Of a stretch of 41,104 nucleotides of DNA, positions 9,243-19,276 are shown in pieces; within the stretch, counting starts at the first letter, position 1; each line of letters opens with the position of its first letter. Under the pieces are notes generated by a model that had not been told where the DNA came from, searched no databases, and saw nothing but the letters and a program-made list of their open reading frames with translations. Both the position numbers and the translations under genes were made by a program. Source of the DNA: Patescibacteria group bacterium (lineage in GTDB: Bacteria > Patescibacteriota > Minisyncoccia > Phycocordibacterales > UBA9973); contig JBBTSS010000029.1 in the NCBI GenBank assembly GCA_038064635.1, positions 1 to 41,104 of the forward strand, given 5' to 3'.

Positions 9243-9270
9243 ATATTACCTTTCTAAAAATAATTTGCAA
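9243..9270 (-). promoter_or_regulatory. Promoter of the putative 6S RNA
   Basis: TTGCAA-N16-TAATAT ending 5 nt before the RNA stem. Confidence 0.55.
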
Positions 9271-9319
9271 GATTTTTTTCAAAAAACCATGAAATAATTT
9301 TTAAAACAAGTTGCAAAAA

Positions 9320-9796
9320 TTATTCTTTGTGCTCTGCGTAAATGAAATCTGCATCAATTTTTTGATAATCAAAGATCTCTTCATTGACAAAAAATCTTTT
9401 TACTTCAAGAACTCCATTCTCAACAGAGTCAGATGCGTGAACTATGTTTGATTGAGTTGAAAGAGAGAAATCTCCTCTTATTGTTCCTGCTGTCGCTTCC
9501 CATGCTTTTGTTGGTCCGACTAAAAGTCTAATAGCAGAAATTGCATTTATACCCGCAACAGCCATCACTACTACTGGACAAGCTTTCATAAAGTCACGAA
9601 TACCTGGAAAGAAAGGCTTATCAGCTATGTGGGCATAGTGTTCTTCTAATATAGCGTCCTCAATACTCATCATTTTAAGTCCTACTACTTTCAAACCTTT
9701 TTTCTCAAAACGGGTTATGATATCCCCTATTAAGTTACGCTGTACAGCGTCTGGTTTGATTATGATTAAAGAAATCTCGTCATTTGGTCTTGGCAT
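9320..9796 (-). CDS. ndk: Nucleoside diphosphate kinase
   Basis: IIKPDAVQR, GTIRGDF, NIVHASDS catalytic His. Confidence 0.97.
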   Translation of the reverse strand: MPRPNDEISLIIIKPDAVQRNLIGDIITRFEKKGLKVVGLKMMSIEDAILEEHYAHIADKPFFPGIRDFMKACPVVVMAVAGINAISAIRLLVGPTKAWEATAGTIRGDFSLSTQSNIVHASDSVENGVLEVKRFFVNEEIFDYQKIDADFIYAEHKE

Positions 9797-9882
9797 AGAT
9801 AAATTCTAAGTTAATATTATAATGCTCCAATACTAGCAAATTTGAGGCTTTTATTCAAATAAAAACATGCTACTATTTAAAT

Positions 9883-10401
9883 ATGAAAAAGTTCAAGATA
9901 GCAGTCGGTACTACTTCAAAACAAAAGATAAGTTATCTAGAAGAAATATTGAATGAATTAAAACTTACCTACAAATTATTACCAATCCAAGCCAACAGTG
10001 GGGTTTCCGACCAACCCATAAGCATAATAGAAACTAAAAAAGGCTCAGCAAATAGAGCTAAAGATGCTTTAAGAAAATCTAATACTGATCTAGCTATTGG
10101 AATAGAAATTGGATATCATAAAGAAAAAAATATTGGATACCAGATATTTTGTGCAGTAACAATTCTTGATAAGAATAACAATCAAATAACAACTGAATCT
10201 CACAGGTTTTTACTACCAAAATATCATCAAAATATACTAAATAAAAAATTAAGTTTAGGGGAAAATTTAGAAGGATATACAAAAGGTACTAAAACAAAAA
10301 TAAAACAACAACTCCACGAAATAATTCGTTTCAGAAAACCCTTCATTGAAAATGCTCTCCGAACAGCACTTATCCTTTATTTAAACAGAGAGGATTTTTA
10401 A
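9883..10401 (+). CDS. Non-canonical purine NTP phosphatase-like protein (YjjX/DUF84 family)
   Basis: VGTTSKQK, SGVSDQP, ETKKGSANRA, AIGIEIG motifs. Confidence 0.85.
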   Translation: MKKFKIAVGTTSKQKISYLEEILNELKLTYKLLPIQANSGVSDQPISIIETKKGSANRAKDALRKSNTDLAIGIEIGYHKEKNIGYQIFCAVTILDKNNNQITTESHRFLLPKYHQNILNKKLSLGENLEGYTKGTKTKIKQQLHEIIRFRKPFIENALRTALILYLNREDF

Positions 10402-10426
10402 AAAACTTTTCGAATATAAATAAACC

Positions 10427-13198
10427 CTATTGAGTTGAAGAATTAAAGCGAGTCATTATCTCTGCTTCTACCTCAGCACGATCACGGCCGTACTTCATAT
10501 ATGAAAGTTCTTTTAGTGACTCAACAATTTCTTTATTGCCTTGAGGCATTAAACTCCAATGAGAAGTCATACTAAAAGGTTTTGTAGGTTGACCACCCAC
10601 AAGCATATTTACATAAGAATTAAAGTTATCTAACTTTGTGATGTCATTTGCTGAAAATGTCGGCTTGAATTTCGGTTCTATAAAAGCAGCATCTTCCGGT
10701 GAAATACGGTATATAGCCATAGAACCTACGTTTCCGAAAACTGCATTTTTAATACTATCTTGCAACTGAGATATATACTGATGGGCAACAGTCAAAGACA
10801 AACGATACTTACGCGCTTCAGAGAGAATAGAGGCGATAGAGTCAGTAGTAACGTTCTGGAACTCATCTATGTACAAATAGAAATCATTCATTTGTTTACC
10901 AAACATATCCACACGAGAAAGTGCCGCCATTTGAATCTTGCCTACGAGCACAAGACCAATAAGATTTGCATTTATATCTCCTAAGCGTCCCTTTGAAAGA
11001 TTTACTAAAAGAATTTTCTTTTCATCCATTATTTTTCTAAAATCAAAAACAGAATTCTGCTGAAGTACTACTGGACGCATAATGTCGTTTGATATGAAGT
11101 TATCAAATTTTGAAGAAATGTACGGCACAAAGTTTGCAAGTGATTGGTCCCCTGTCGTTTCTTCTGCTGAAATCCAGAATTGTTTAATAATAGGATTTTT
11201 ACATTTAGCGAGTTTCATATCACGGAATTTTTTGTCAGCAAGAACTCTAGTAATTTCTAAAAGAGTAGAACCAGACTCTGGGTCTTCCATCACAAGAAAC
11301 GCACTGTTTCTAAAGTATTGTTCAAACATAGCACCACCACCGGCTTTCATATCAAAAAGTTTATTGAAAATTCCCATGAGTTCATTTACAACAAAAGTCT
11401 TTTGTTCTGGATAACGTGGATCATATTCAAGCATATTGAGCCCCATAGGTCGTGCTGTATAAGCTGGATCAAAATAAATAACATCATCCATTCTCTCTTT
11501 TGGTACATAAGAAAGTATGTCTTGTATGTCTGTGCCGTGAGGATCAATAAAACAACAACCGTCTCCATTTTGAATATCTTGGTAAATCATGTTTTTCAAA
11601 ATAGTAGTCTTACCTGTTCCTGTCTGACCTATAACATACATGTGTCGCATTCTATCTTCTTTGCTCATGCGGATAGTAGTATCTTTACCTCTATAACTAT
11701 TTACTCCCAATATAATACCCTTATCTCCTAATGCTATCATTTCAACAGGAGCAGGTCCTGCACCAGCTTTTGCTTCTTTTAATTGAGACTGACCAACTAT
11801 ACCCACAGGGAAATGAAAGACAGAAGCTAATTCTTTCAGATTCATAGGTAAAATATCTTCTGGGGAAAAAGTACGAAAAGAAAAATCATGAAATAATTTT
11901 TTTAAATCACTTCCATGCATTCTATGAAAAACAAAAGAATTACTTGCCGTCTCAGCAAACTGATTGAAAGAAGATTCTATCTCTTTTAATATTGACTCTG
12001 CTCTGTCTTTTGAATCAGCTGAAGCAATTACACGAATATTCGCTTTCATAATTGAACTCTTTACTTTGTTTCCTATCTTCTCTGCTGCTCCTTCGTCTAC
12101 TGCTCGACGTCCTGCCATTTTTTTATCAGTCTTTTCTTCTTCTTTCTTAGCTCCAAAAATTAATTCTTTAGAAGCACTCCATAGAGCACTTTTGAATTTG
12201 TAATAATTATCTGCTGCGTACTTCACAGACTTTCCTTCTTTCACATCATCTAGAATCATGTGAAATTCGTTTATAAACTTGTCTCCTGCTGGAGCAATGA
12301 CAAGCTGTATTGCAGCTCCTTCACCTTTTGTTTTTAACTTTGAAAATACATTCAAAATAGTATTCATTGGGTCGTGATCTATCTGGTCATAAGTCTTAAT
12401 AGGTAATACAGGTCTTTGAGCAAAAGCAGCGTAAGCACCTACTGAACCACCCTCTTCGTTAAAGATGTTGTAGTCATCTTCTACTTCATGGATTTTTGCA
12501 TCATGGTAAAAAGACAAAACTTGTTTTTCAAATAAAGACAAATATTTATTTGGTACTGACGCAAAGATGACTACATGGTCAGTATCATTTGCTAAAGCTA
12601 CTTCGAGAGTAAAATAATTTTCTTTTTTATTATACTGATCTTCCCCGATGGACTGCATTCCAGCATAAAATTGTTCCATCGCACCAATAAATTCTTTAAA
12701 ACCTTTTGAACTATCATCACTAGGAGGAAGAGTTATTTCAAACAAAGTCATATTCAATGCCTTATACAAAGGAGTCCCTTCTTTAAAATCTTTTACGTAT
12801 TGACCACTCTTTATGTATTGGATAAGTAGTCTATGAAAATCATCGTCTACATGCGGGTTCCCCATTGATTCAGCTACTTCTAAAGCGTTACGGACACCTT
12901 TTGTAATAACAAGACCCAAAAGTTCTTCCATGACAACATCGTGCGTTTCTGGTTTTAATTTAAGTACAATACCTTCAGCTTCTTTTTTCGATAGTGCCAA
13001 GTCCTGATGTATAGCTTCTGGTACAGAAACTTGTTTGTATTCTACAATTGTATTTGTAATTGCATTTTCTTTGGCATGTTCAAAGTGTCCTTGATCTATG
13101 AGGGCCTGTTCCCTCTTTGCCACATGCTCACGCAAATAAGCCAACTCCTCATCAGGAGTTTTAAATTTAGGCATTTCATTTAGAAATGATTTTTCCAT
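10427..13198 (-). CDS. VirD4/TraD/HerA-like (FtsK-HerA superfamily) ATPase with long N-terminal extension
   Basis: Walker A GQTGTGKT, IDPHG, Walker B LYIDEFQN, EARKYRLSLTVAHQ. Confidence 0.85.
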   Translation of the reverse strand: MEKSFLNEMPKFKTPDEELAYLREHVAKREQALIDQGHFEHAKENAITNTIVEYKQVSVPEAIHQDLALSKKEAEGIVLKLKPETHDVVMEELLGLVITKGVRNALEVAESMGNPHVDDDFHRLLIQYIKSGQYVKDFKEGTPLYKALNMTLFEITLPPSDDSSKGFKEFIGAMEQFYAGMQSIGEDQYNKKENYFTLEVALANDTDHVVIFASVPNKYLSLFEKQVLSFYHDAKIHEVEDDYNIFNEEGGSVGAYAAFAQRPVLPIKTYDQIDHDPMNTILNVFSKLKTKGEGAAIQLVIAPAGDKFINEFHMILDDVKEGKSVKYAADNYYKFKSALWSASKELIFGAKKEEEKTDKKMAGRRAVDEGAAEKIGNKVKSSIMKANIRVIASADSKDRAESILKEIESSFNQFAETASNSFVFHRMHGSDLKKLFHDFSFRTFSPEDILPMNLKELASVFHFPVGIVGQSQLKEAKAGAGPAPVEMIALGDKGIILGVNSYRGKDTTIRMSKEDRMRHMYVIGQTGTGKTTILKNMIYQDIQNGDGCCFIDPHGTDIQDILSYVPKERMDDVIYFDPAYTARPMGLNMLEYDPRYPEQKTFVVNELMGIFNKLFDMKAGGGAMFEQYFRNSAFLVMEDPESGSTLLEITRVLADKKFRDMKLAKCKNPIIKQFWISAEETTGDQSLANFVPYISSKFDNFISNDIMRPVVLQQNSVFDFRKIMDEKKILLVNLSKGRLGDINANLIGLVLVGKIQMAALSRVDMFGKQMNDFYLYIDEFQNVTTDSIASILSEARKYRLSLTVAHQYISQLQDSIKNAVFGNVGSMAIYRISPEDAAFIEPKFKPTFSANDITKLDNFNSYVNMLVGGQPTKPFSMTSHWSLMPQGNKEIVESLKELSYMKYGRDRAEVEAEIMTRFNSSTQ

Positions 13199-13218
13199 GT
13201 ATTTAATTATATACTAAA

Positions 13219-13989
13219 CTATCTTTTAGTTAAAATTTCTGGGTCGCCTTCTGTAATGAGTATGGTAAGTTCGAAGTGAGCACTTCTTTTTCCGTCAACA
13301 GTTTTAAATGTCCAATTATCTTTATCGATAAAAACTTTCTTAGTTCCCATGTTTAACATCGGTTCAATAGCGACTACCATTCCAGGAACAAGTTTTTCAC
13401 CAGTTCCCTTTCTACCAAAATTTGGTATATATGGATCTTCGTGGATATATTTTCCTACACCATGTCCAGACAGCACATCTACGATGCCATACTTATGGGG
13501 CTTCACAAAACTCTCAATAGCATCTCCTATGTCCCCAACTCGGTATCCTCCAACTGCAGCAGAGATACCAACATGAAGTGATTCTTCTGTAATCTTCATT
13601 AATTGTTCTAATGCCGGTGCTACCTTGCCCACAGGGACAGTGAGCGCCATATCAGTAAACAAACCTTTATGCTTCAAACCTAGATCAATAGAAACGATAT
13701 CTCCTTCTTTTAAGATTCTTCCTTCTTTTGGTATGCCGTGTACTACTTCGTCATTTATAGAGACACATAAAGATGCAGGGAAAGGAGTACGTGCTCCAAC
13801 AGGTCTATAATTCAAAAAAGCAGGTTCGTCACCATATTCTCTTATCAACTTTTCAGCATAAATATCAAGTTCTTTTGTAGAAATACCTGGAGCGACTTTA
13901 TCTTTTACTTTATACAAAACAGTTGCGAGTCTTTTACCTCCTTCGCGGATTATTTCTATTTCTTCTTTTGTTTTTATTATTATTGCCAT
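13219..13989 (-). CDS. map: Type I methionine aminopeptidase
   Basis: SINDEVVHGIP, SIDLG, GHGVG, HEDP, IEPM motifs. Start moved to ATG 13989 to remove the overlap with pyrH. Confidence 0.96.
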   Translation of the reverse strand: MAIIIKTKEEIEIIREGGKRLATVLYKVKDKVAPGISTKELDIYAEKLIREYGDEPAFLNYRPVGARTPFPASLCVSINDEVVHGIPKEGRILKEGDIVSIDLGLKHKGLFTDMALTVPVGKVAPALEQLMKITEESLHVGISAAVGGYRVGDIGDAIESFVKPHKYGIVDVLSGHGVGKYIHEDPYIPNFGRKGTGEKLVPGMVVAIEPMLNMGTKKVFIDKDNWTFKTVDGKRSAHFELTILITEGDPEILTKR

Positions 13990-14024
13990 AAAACTAGAAA
14001 TTACATCGGGTAATCTGTGTAATT

Positions 14025-14708
14025 TTAATAAATTGTTGTTCCTAAAAAATCTTTTCCTTCCAAACAATTTGCAAGGTTGTCCATCATTCTACCATTCATG
14101 GTTACTACTGTTATCCCCTCTTTTTCTGCCACGACAGACGCAATAGGGTCAAATGGTGAATTAAGTCCAGGGTTCCATTCAGCAGGAATTAACTTTCTAT
14201 ATTCAGCCCAAGAAATTTTCTCTATCTTTTTTGCTTCTGGATTTGTCCTTGGATCAGAGTCATAAACATAATCAGTATTAGATAAATTTATTATCTTTTT
14301 TGCTCCAATATTTTGAGCAATAGATACAGCCACAAAGTCTGTACTATTCCCCGGTTTCCATCCACCTCCCAATACTAATGGCCGGACAAATGATATTGGA
14401 AGCATTGGGTCTACTATAATATCTTGATTCGCATATTCTCCAAAAAGTAAACGTATAAACTCAGCATTAAAACGAGTTGAATAAATACCAAGCCAATCGA
14501 GTTCATCATCATTTATAGTAGCGACTTGTTTTGTAGCTTCTTGGTATTTTCTACAAATCTTTCCACCTCCAGTAATAATTACAAATTGTTTACCAGAAGC
14601 AACGTTCTTTAAAATCAAATCCTTAAAATCCTTTAAAAAATTAACGTCTATCTCATCTGGAACAATGAGCGAACCACCTAAAGATATAATTATTTTTTCA
14701 GGATTCAT
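14025..14708 (-). CDS. pyrH: Uridylate kinase (archaeal-like subfamily)
   Basis: SLGGS, TGGGKICR, PGNSTD, VYDSDPR, FDPIA, GTTI motifs. Confidence 0.92.
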   Translation of the reverse strand: MNPEKIIISLGGSLIVPDEIDVNFLKDFKDLILKNVASGKQFVIITGGGKICRKYQEATKQVATINDDELDWLGIYSTRFNAEFIRLLFGEYANQDIIVDPMLPISFVRPLVLGGGWKPGNSTDFVAVSIAQNIGAKKIINLSNTDYVYDSDPRTNPEAKKIEKISWAEYRKLIPAEWNPGLNSPFDPIASVVAEKEGITVVTMNGRMMDNLANCLEGKDFLGTTIY

Positions 14709-14714
14709 GAAGAT

Positions 14715-15305
14715 TTAAAATTTTAGTGACTTAATAATATCCCTATGAACGTGTTCTATTGTTTGTTCACCGTTTATGGTATGTAAGGTATAACCTTCTT
14801 TTTCTTTAAAATAATTCATGGCAGGAATTACATTATCTACATATTCATCAAATCTTTTTGCAATACCTTCTCTGGTGTCATCTCCTCTGCCTCGAGCTAA
14901 GTTACGAGTCATCGCTTCTTCTTTACTTACTTCAATATAAATAACATCTATGGCACGACGTTTATAAAATTTCATCATTGACTCAAAGTCACGTGATTGA
15001 ACAAGAGTACGAGGATAACCATCAGCTATCAAATGTTTGTCTGCGGTCAATGAAGCAGTTAAAATATTTGTAACGATTGAAGTCGTCAAAAAGTCAGGTT
15101 GAAGTTCCCCTCTTCCGAGAGAGTCTCGTATCATATTAGCGGTATAACTATCCGACTCTATAATCTTTCGGTATTCCGCTCCAGGATAAGCATAAACGGA
15201 CTCTTTACTGTCTTTCTTTTGAAGAAAGCTTCTTAAAAGCTCCATTTGAGTGCCTTTTCCAGAACCAGCTATACCAAAAAACACGAATGTATGTGTAGGA
15301 TGCAT
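14715..15305 (-). CDS. adk: Adenylate kinase family protein (short LID)
   Basis: GIAGSGKGTQ P-loop, DGYPR, RGRGDD; near secY/map. Start moved to ATG 15305 (AGGAG upstream). Confidence 0.85.
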   Translation of the reverse strand: MHPTHTFVFFGIAGSGKGTQMELLRSFLQKKDSKESVYAYPGAEYRKIIESDSYTANMIRDSLGRGELQPDFLTTSIVTNILTASLTADKHLIADGYPRTLVQSRDFESMMKFYKRRAIDVIYIEVSKEEAMTRNLARGRGDDTREGIAKRFDEYVDNVIPAMNYFKEKEGYTLHTINGEQTIEHVHRDIIKSLKF

Positions 15306-15388
15306 ATCTCCTACAATACAGAAAAAACGTATAAAAATCAACCCCGGAATGTATTGTCTTTTTGACTTAAAATATGCTTTAATGAAGC

Positions 15389-15955
15389 ATGAAAAAAGAA
15401 ATCATCACGATAAATGGTTTTCCTGGTAGTGGTAAATCGAGCACCGCAAATATGGTTGCAAAAACTCTTGAATATGAAAGATTTTCCTCAGGTGACTTCA
15501 TGCGAAAAATCGCCGTAGATATGGGTATGTCAATCAATGAATTAAATATAAAAGCAGAGACCGATAAAAGCATCGATACTGAGATAGACAACGAAGTGAA
15601 GAAAGCGGGTGAGCTTACAAAGATCGTGATTGATTCACGCATGGCATTCCACTGGATACCAGAATCTTTCAAAGTATACTTAGACTTACCTCAAGAAATA
15701 GCAAAAGAAAGAATTTTAAATAATCTAAAGACAAATAAATTAAGACAAGATAGTGAGAACGCTACTACTGAAGAAGAAGTCTACCAAAGAATAATAGAAA
15801 GATTAGAGAGTGAAAATAAGAGATATATGTCTCTCTACGGTGTAGATAATACAAAAAAAGAAGAATACGATCTTGTTGTAGACACAAACCAAAACAACCT
15901 TGAAGAAGTTGTGTCCAAAATAATCACTGAATATAAAAAGTGGCTAACTGAATAA
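15389..15955 (+). CDS. cmk: Cytidylate kinase (short archaeal-type)
   Basis: ITINGFPGSGKSS, SSGDFMR, VIDSR, RYMSLYGVD, YDLVVDT motifs. Confidence 0.88.
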   Translation: MKKEIITINGFPGSGKSSTANMVAKTLEYERFSSGDFMRKIAVDMGMSINELNIKAETDKSIDTEIDNEVKKAGELTKIVIDSRMAFHWIPESFKVYLDLPQEIAKERILNNLKTNKLRQDSENATTEEEVYQRIIERLESENKRYMSLYGVDNTKKEEYDLVVDTNQNNLEEVVSKIITEYKKWLTE

Positions 15956-15977
15956 TCTAAAAAACCCTACCTAAAAC

Positions 15978-16009
15978 AAAAACACTCCGACGCATGTCGG
16001 AGTGTTTTT
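15978..16009. terminator. Bidirectional terminator between cmk and secY
   Basis: AAAAACACTCCGAC-gcat-GTCGGAGTGTTTTT. Confidence 0.85.
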
Positions 16010-16024
16010 TAATTAAATATTATT

Positions 16025-17296
16025 TTAGTATTCTCTCATTGACACCTGTGCGTCAACTTTCTTTATCAAATCTAGAACAACAGAAACTACGATAAGCAAT
16101 GCTGTACCACCGAGAGCAAGAGAAGTAATACCTGTCGCTTTTTGCATAAGTATTGGCAAAACTGCGATAAATCCTAAGAATACTGCACCTAACAAAGTGA
16201 TACGACTTAATACTTTTGAAATATATGCAGCAGTAGAAGCTCCTGGTCGTACTCCTGGGATAAATGCTCCGTTCTTTTGAAGGTTTTCTGATAATGATTC
16301 AGGGTCAAAAGTAACAGCAGTATAGAAATAAGTAAATAGAAATACAAGGATAAAGTAAAGTACCGCATAAAGAGTAGAGGTTTGAGAGAAAGATACGAGC
16401 GCTTGCGCTATCTTCATAGTAGTCGGGTTTGTTGAAGCAGAAAGAAAGTTTCCGATCATCTGAGGGAAAAGTAATATTGAAAGTGCGAAGATTATCGGTA
16501 TTACTCCAGCTTGGTTCACACGAAGTGGCAAATAAGTATTCCCTCCTCCGTAAGTCTTCATACCTCTTACACGTTTTGCATAAGTTACAGGTATTGGACG
16601 TTCTGCTTCAGTCACTACTACAACTCCAGCTATTACAAGTACTCCAACAACAACAAAAAGAATATAAAGAGGTATTTGTGAAGGGTCAAAAGTAAAGATA
16701 AGCTGACTTACTTCGGTAGGTAATGCAGAAACGATACCAGCAAAAATGATCAAAGACACACCATTACCTATACCAAATTCAGACATGAGCTCACCGATCC
16801 ACATTATAAGCAATGCTCCAGCGACAACAATAACGAGATTCACAATTCTATCAAAAGCAGTTAAGTCCACAAGAATAGCTTGTCTTTCGAGTATTGCCAA
16901 AAGACTAAATCCTTGAATAGCTGCTAGAGGAACAGTAAGAAGTCTTGAGTATTGAGTAAACTTACGGCGTCCAGCTTCTCCTTCTTCATGGTAAATTCTC
17001 TTTAAAGCTGGAACCATGATAGTTAAAAGTTGCATGATAATAGAACCTGTAATATACGGTCCTACTCCAAGCATCACGATTGAAAGATTTGAAAGTCCTC
17101 CACCAGAAAAAATATTTAATATTCCGAAAAATTGATTATTTGAAAGAAATCTGTTTAAAGCAAGAGTATCTATACCAGGTATAGGAATAGCTGCAAGAAG
17201 TCTGAAAACTATCAAAGCACCTAACACGAACAACACTCTCTTCCTTAGAGATGAGTCATTCCAAACTAATTTTATTTTACTCCAAAAATTTCCCAT
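16025..17296 (-). CDS. secY: Preprotein translocase subunit SecY
   Basis: LGVGPYITGSIIMQLL, GIGNGVSLIIFAGIV, FIPGVRPG, GGTALLIVV. Confidence 0.99.
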   Translation of the reverse strand: MGNFWSKIKLVWNDSSLRKRVLFVLGALIVFRLLAAIPIPGIDTLALNRFLSNNQFFGILNIFSGGGLSNLSIVMLGVGPYITGSIIMQLLTIMVPALKRIYHEEGEAGRRKFTQYSRLLTVPLAAIQGFSLLAILERQAILVDLTAFDRIVNLVIVVAGALLIMWIGELMSEFGIGNGVSLIIFAGIVSALPTEVSQLIFTFDPSQIPLYILFVVVGVLVIAGVVVVTEAERPIPVTYAKRVRGMKTYGGGNTYLPLRVNQAGVIPIIFALSILLFPQMIGNFLSASTNPTTMKIAQALVSFSQTSTLYAVLYFILVFLFTYFYTAVTFDPESLSENLQKNGAFIPGVRPGASTAAYISKVLSRITLLGAVFLGFIAVLPILMQKATGITSLALGGTALLIVVSVVLDLIKKVDAQVSMREY

Positions 17297-17315
17297 TTCT
17301 TTTTTTTATTTACTT

Positions 17316-17768
17316 TTATTTCTTAGGTTCTATTACCTTTACTTCTCCTCCTGCTTTTAGAATTTGTTCTAAAGCTCTCGCTGATACTGTACAACCAGAA
17401 ACCATAACCTTAACTCCAAATACTTCTTTAGAATTTAGTATTTTTACTTGTGGCAAAATACCTTTTTTGTTTTTTATCACCTTAAGCTCAAGTAATGACT
17501 TTGGGCTCACTTCTCCCCCTTTAGGGTAAACCTTTGCTATCTTTTCCAAAGAAATACTTACAGGTTTTAAAGCATAAGAGTTGAATCTGTAACCTCGTAG
17601 TTTTGGTAACTTCTTGATGATATCACGAAGTTCTGGGCGACGCTTGTTACCAGCACGAGCTGTCTGACCTTTTCCTCCACGTCCTGAAGTCTTCGCGTGT
17701 TTACCGCCACGACCTATGAGTCTGTCTTTCTTGTTTTTAAATTTTCTTTTTAAGTTATGTATCTGCAT
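17316..17768 (-). CDS. rplO: 50S ribosomal protein L15
   Basis: GRGGKHAKTSGRGGKGQTARAG; immediately upstream of secY. Confidence 0.95.
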   Translation of the reverse strand: MQIHNLKRKFKNKKDRLIGRGGKHAKTSGRGGKGQTARAGNKRRPELRDIIKKLPKLRGYRFNSYALKPVSISLEKIAKVYPKGGEVSPKSLLELKVIKNKKGILPQVKILNSKEVFGVKVMVSGCTVSARALEQILKAGGEVKVIEPKK

Positions 17769-17791
17769 AATATTATCTAAAATTACTAAAC

Positions 17792-18340
17792 TTATTTTTT
17801 CTCTGCAAGTGTAGTAGGATTTGCTACTTCAGCTTCTATTTTTACATATTTAATTGCTACTTGTGAGAGCGCATCCATAACAGCTTTTGAGTTATTCAAT
17901 TTATTCTTTGTACCTCCGTGAACTTTTGCTGTTATATCTTTGATACCAGCTAATTTCAAAATATCACGAACCACAGTACCCGCTACAAGTCCACGTCCTT
18001 TATTTGGCATGATGGTTACTTTTGAACTTGAAAATTTTGCAGAAACTTCATGAGGGATAGACATTGTTTTGGTCATTTGAACTCGAACCATGTTTTTCTT
18101 TGCGTTTCTGAGAGCTTTGTTTATAGCTAAAGCTGTGTCTCCGGCCTTTCCAAGACCAAGTCCAATACCACCTTTTTTATCACCTGCAACTAATGCAACT
18201 GAGAAAGAGAATCTACGTCCTCCAGCTACCACACGAGTAACACGTCGGATACTAACTATCTTTTGATCAAATTCTGGCTTTGGACGCACAAAAGATCCAC
18301 TTCTTCTATTACTATTTCTTTTTTCGTTTCCTTTTTCCAT
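17792..18340 (-). CDS. rpsE: 30S ribosomal protein S5
   Basis: IRRVTRVVAGGRRFSF motif. Confidence 0.97.
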   Translation of the reverse strand: MEKGNEKRNSNRRSGSFVRPKPEFDQKIVSIRRVTRVVAGGRRFSFSVALVAGDKKGGIGLGLGKAGDTALAINKALRNAKKNMVRVQMTKTMSIPHEVSAKFSSSKVTIMPNKGRGLVAGTVVRDILKLAGIKDITAKVHGGTKNKLNNSKAVMDALSQVAIKYVKIEAEVANPTTLAEKK

Positions 18341-18351
18341 ATATTTAAAAA

Positions 18352-18693
18352 TTAAAATACAAGCCCGTTCTCTCTTGCAGAATCTGCTAATAATTTAATA
18401 CGGCCTGTGTATTTAAAACCATTTCTATCAAAAACAACTTTAGTTATTTTTAAAGCTTTACATGCATCTGCGATCATCTTTCCTACTTCTTTTGCTCTTT
18501 CGATCTTAGTTCCCTTTTTTACACTTACATCACTAGCTTGTGCTACTGTGTGGCCTTTCGTGTCATTTATGACTTGAGCATAAATGAATTTATTTGATCG
18601 ATAAACAGAAAGTCTTGGGCGTGATTCTACACCAGATACTTTTGCTCGAATCTTTTTCTTTAAACGTATTCTTTTGTCAGTAGTCTTTTTCAT
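18352..18693 (-). CDS. rplR: 50S ribosomal protein L18
   Basis: RPRLSVYRSNKFIYAQVI, VVFDRNGFKYTGRI. Confidence 0.97.
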   Translation of the reverse strand: MKKTTDKRIRLKKKIRAKVSGVESRPRLSVYRSNKFIYAQVINDTKGHTVAQASDVSVKKGTKIERAKEVGKMIADACKALKITKVVFDRNGFKYTGRIKLLADSARENGLVF

Positions 18694-18710
18694 AATATTT
18701 AAATAAATTT

Positions 18711-19244
18711 TTATGCAGTCTTCTTACCTTGTTTTCTTCTGATAACTTCATCAGAGTAACGCATACCTTTACCTTTGTAAGGTTCAGGCTTCTTTAATGC
18801 TCGTACAGAAGCAGAGAAACTTCCAACTAATTCTTTGTCGATACCAGTGATTGTGATGTTGTTCTTTTCTGCAGTAGCGGTAATACCTTCTGGTATAGCG
18901 ACTACAACAGGATGAGAAAATCCTAAAGCAAAATGAAATTCCTTTCCTTTTACTTCTGATTTGAATCCAACTCCTTCTAAGATAAGTTTCTTTTCGAAAG
19001 GTGTTTCTACTCCCTTTATCATATTCATGATATGTGAAGCATAAGTTCCCCAAAGAGATTTTGAAAACTTATCATTTCTTTTTATATCTAAAGATACGAT
19101 ACCGTCCTTGATAGTGATTGTGATATCATCACGAAAATCTTTCGTTAATGTTCCTTTTGGTCCCTTCACAGTAAAAGTCGCTCCGTTTTGAGAAACTTCA
19201 ACTCCTTTTGGTATAGCTATTTGTTTTTTTCCAATTCTTGACAT
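18711..19244 (-). CDS. rplF: 50S ribosomal protein L6
   Basis: MSRIGKK, LGFSHPV, PEPYKGKG. Confidence 0.98.
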   Translation of the reverse strand: MSRIGKKQIAIPKGVEVSQNGATFTVKGPKGTLTKDFRDDITITIKDGIVSLDIKRNDKFSKSLWGTYASHIMNMIKGVETPFEKKLILEGVGFKSEVKGKEFHFALGFSHPVVVAIPEGITATAEKNNITITGIDKELVGSFSASVRALKKPEPYKGKGMRYSDEVIRRKQGKKTA

Positions 19245-19276
19245 AAATTTTTATTATTTATAGTGAGTTTATCGAA

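Noticed and set aside
10427-13198. Conjugative element suggested by the VirD4-like ATPase
   Set aside because: No relaxase, VirB genes, integrase or att repeats nearby; the gene sits among housekeeping genes.
13255-13285. Map C-terminal motif reads HFELT rather than HFEHT
   Set aside because: The metal-ligand Glu is retained; not enough to call it inactive.
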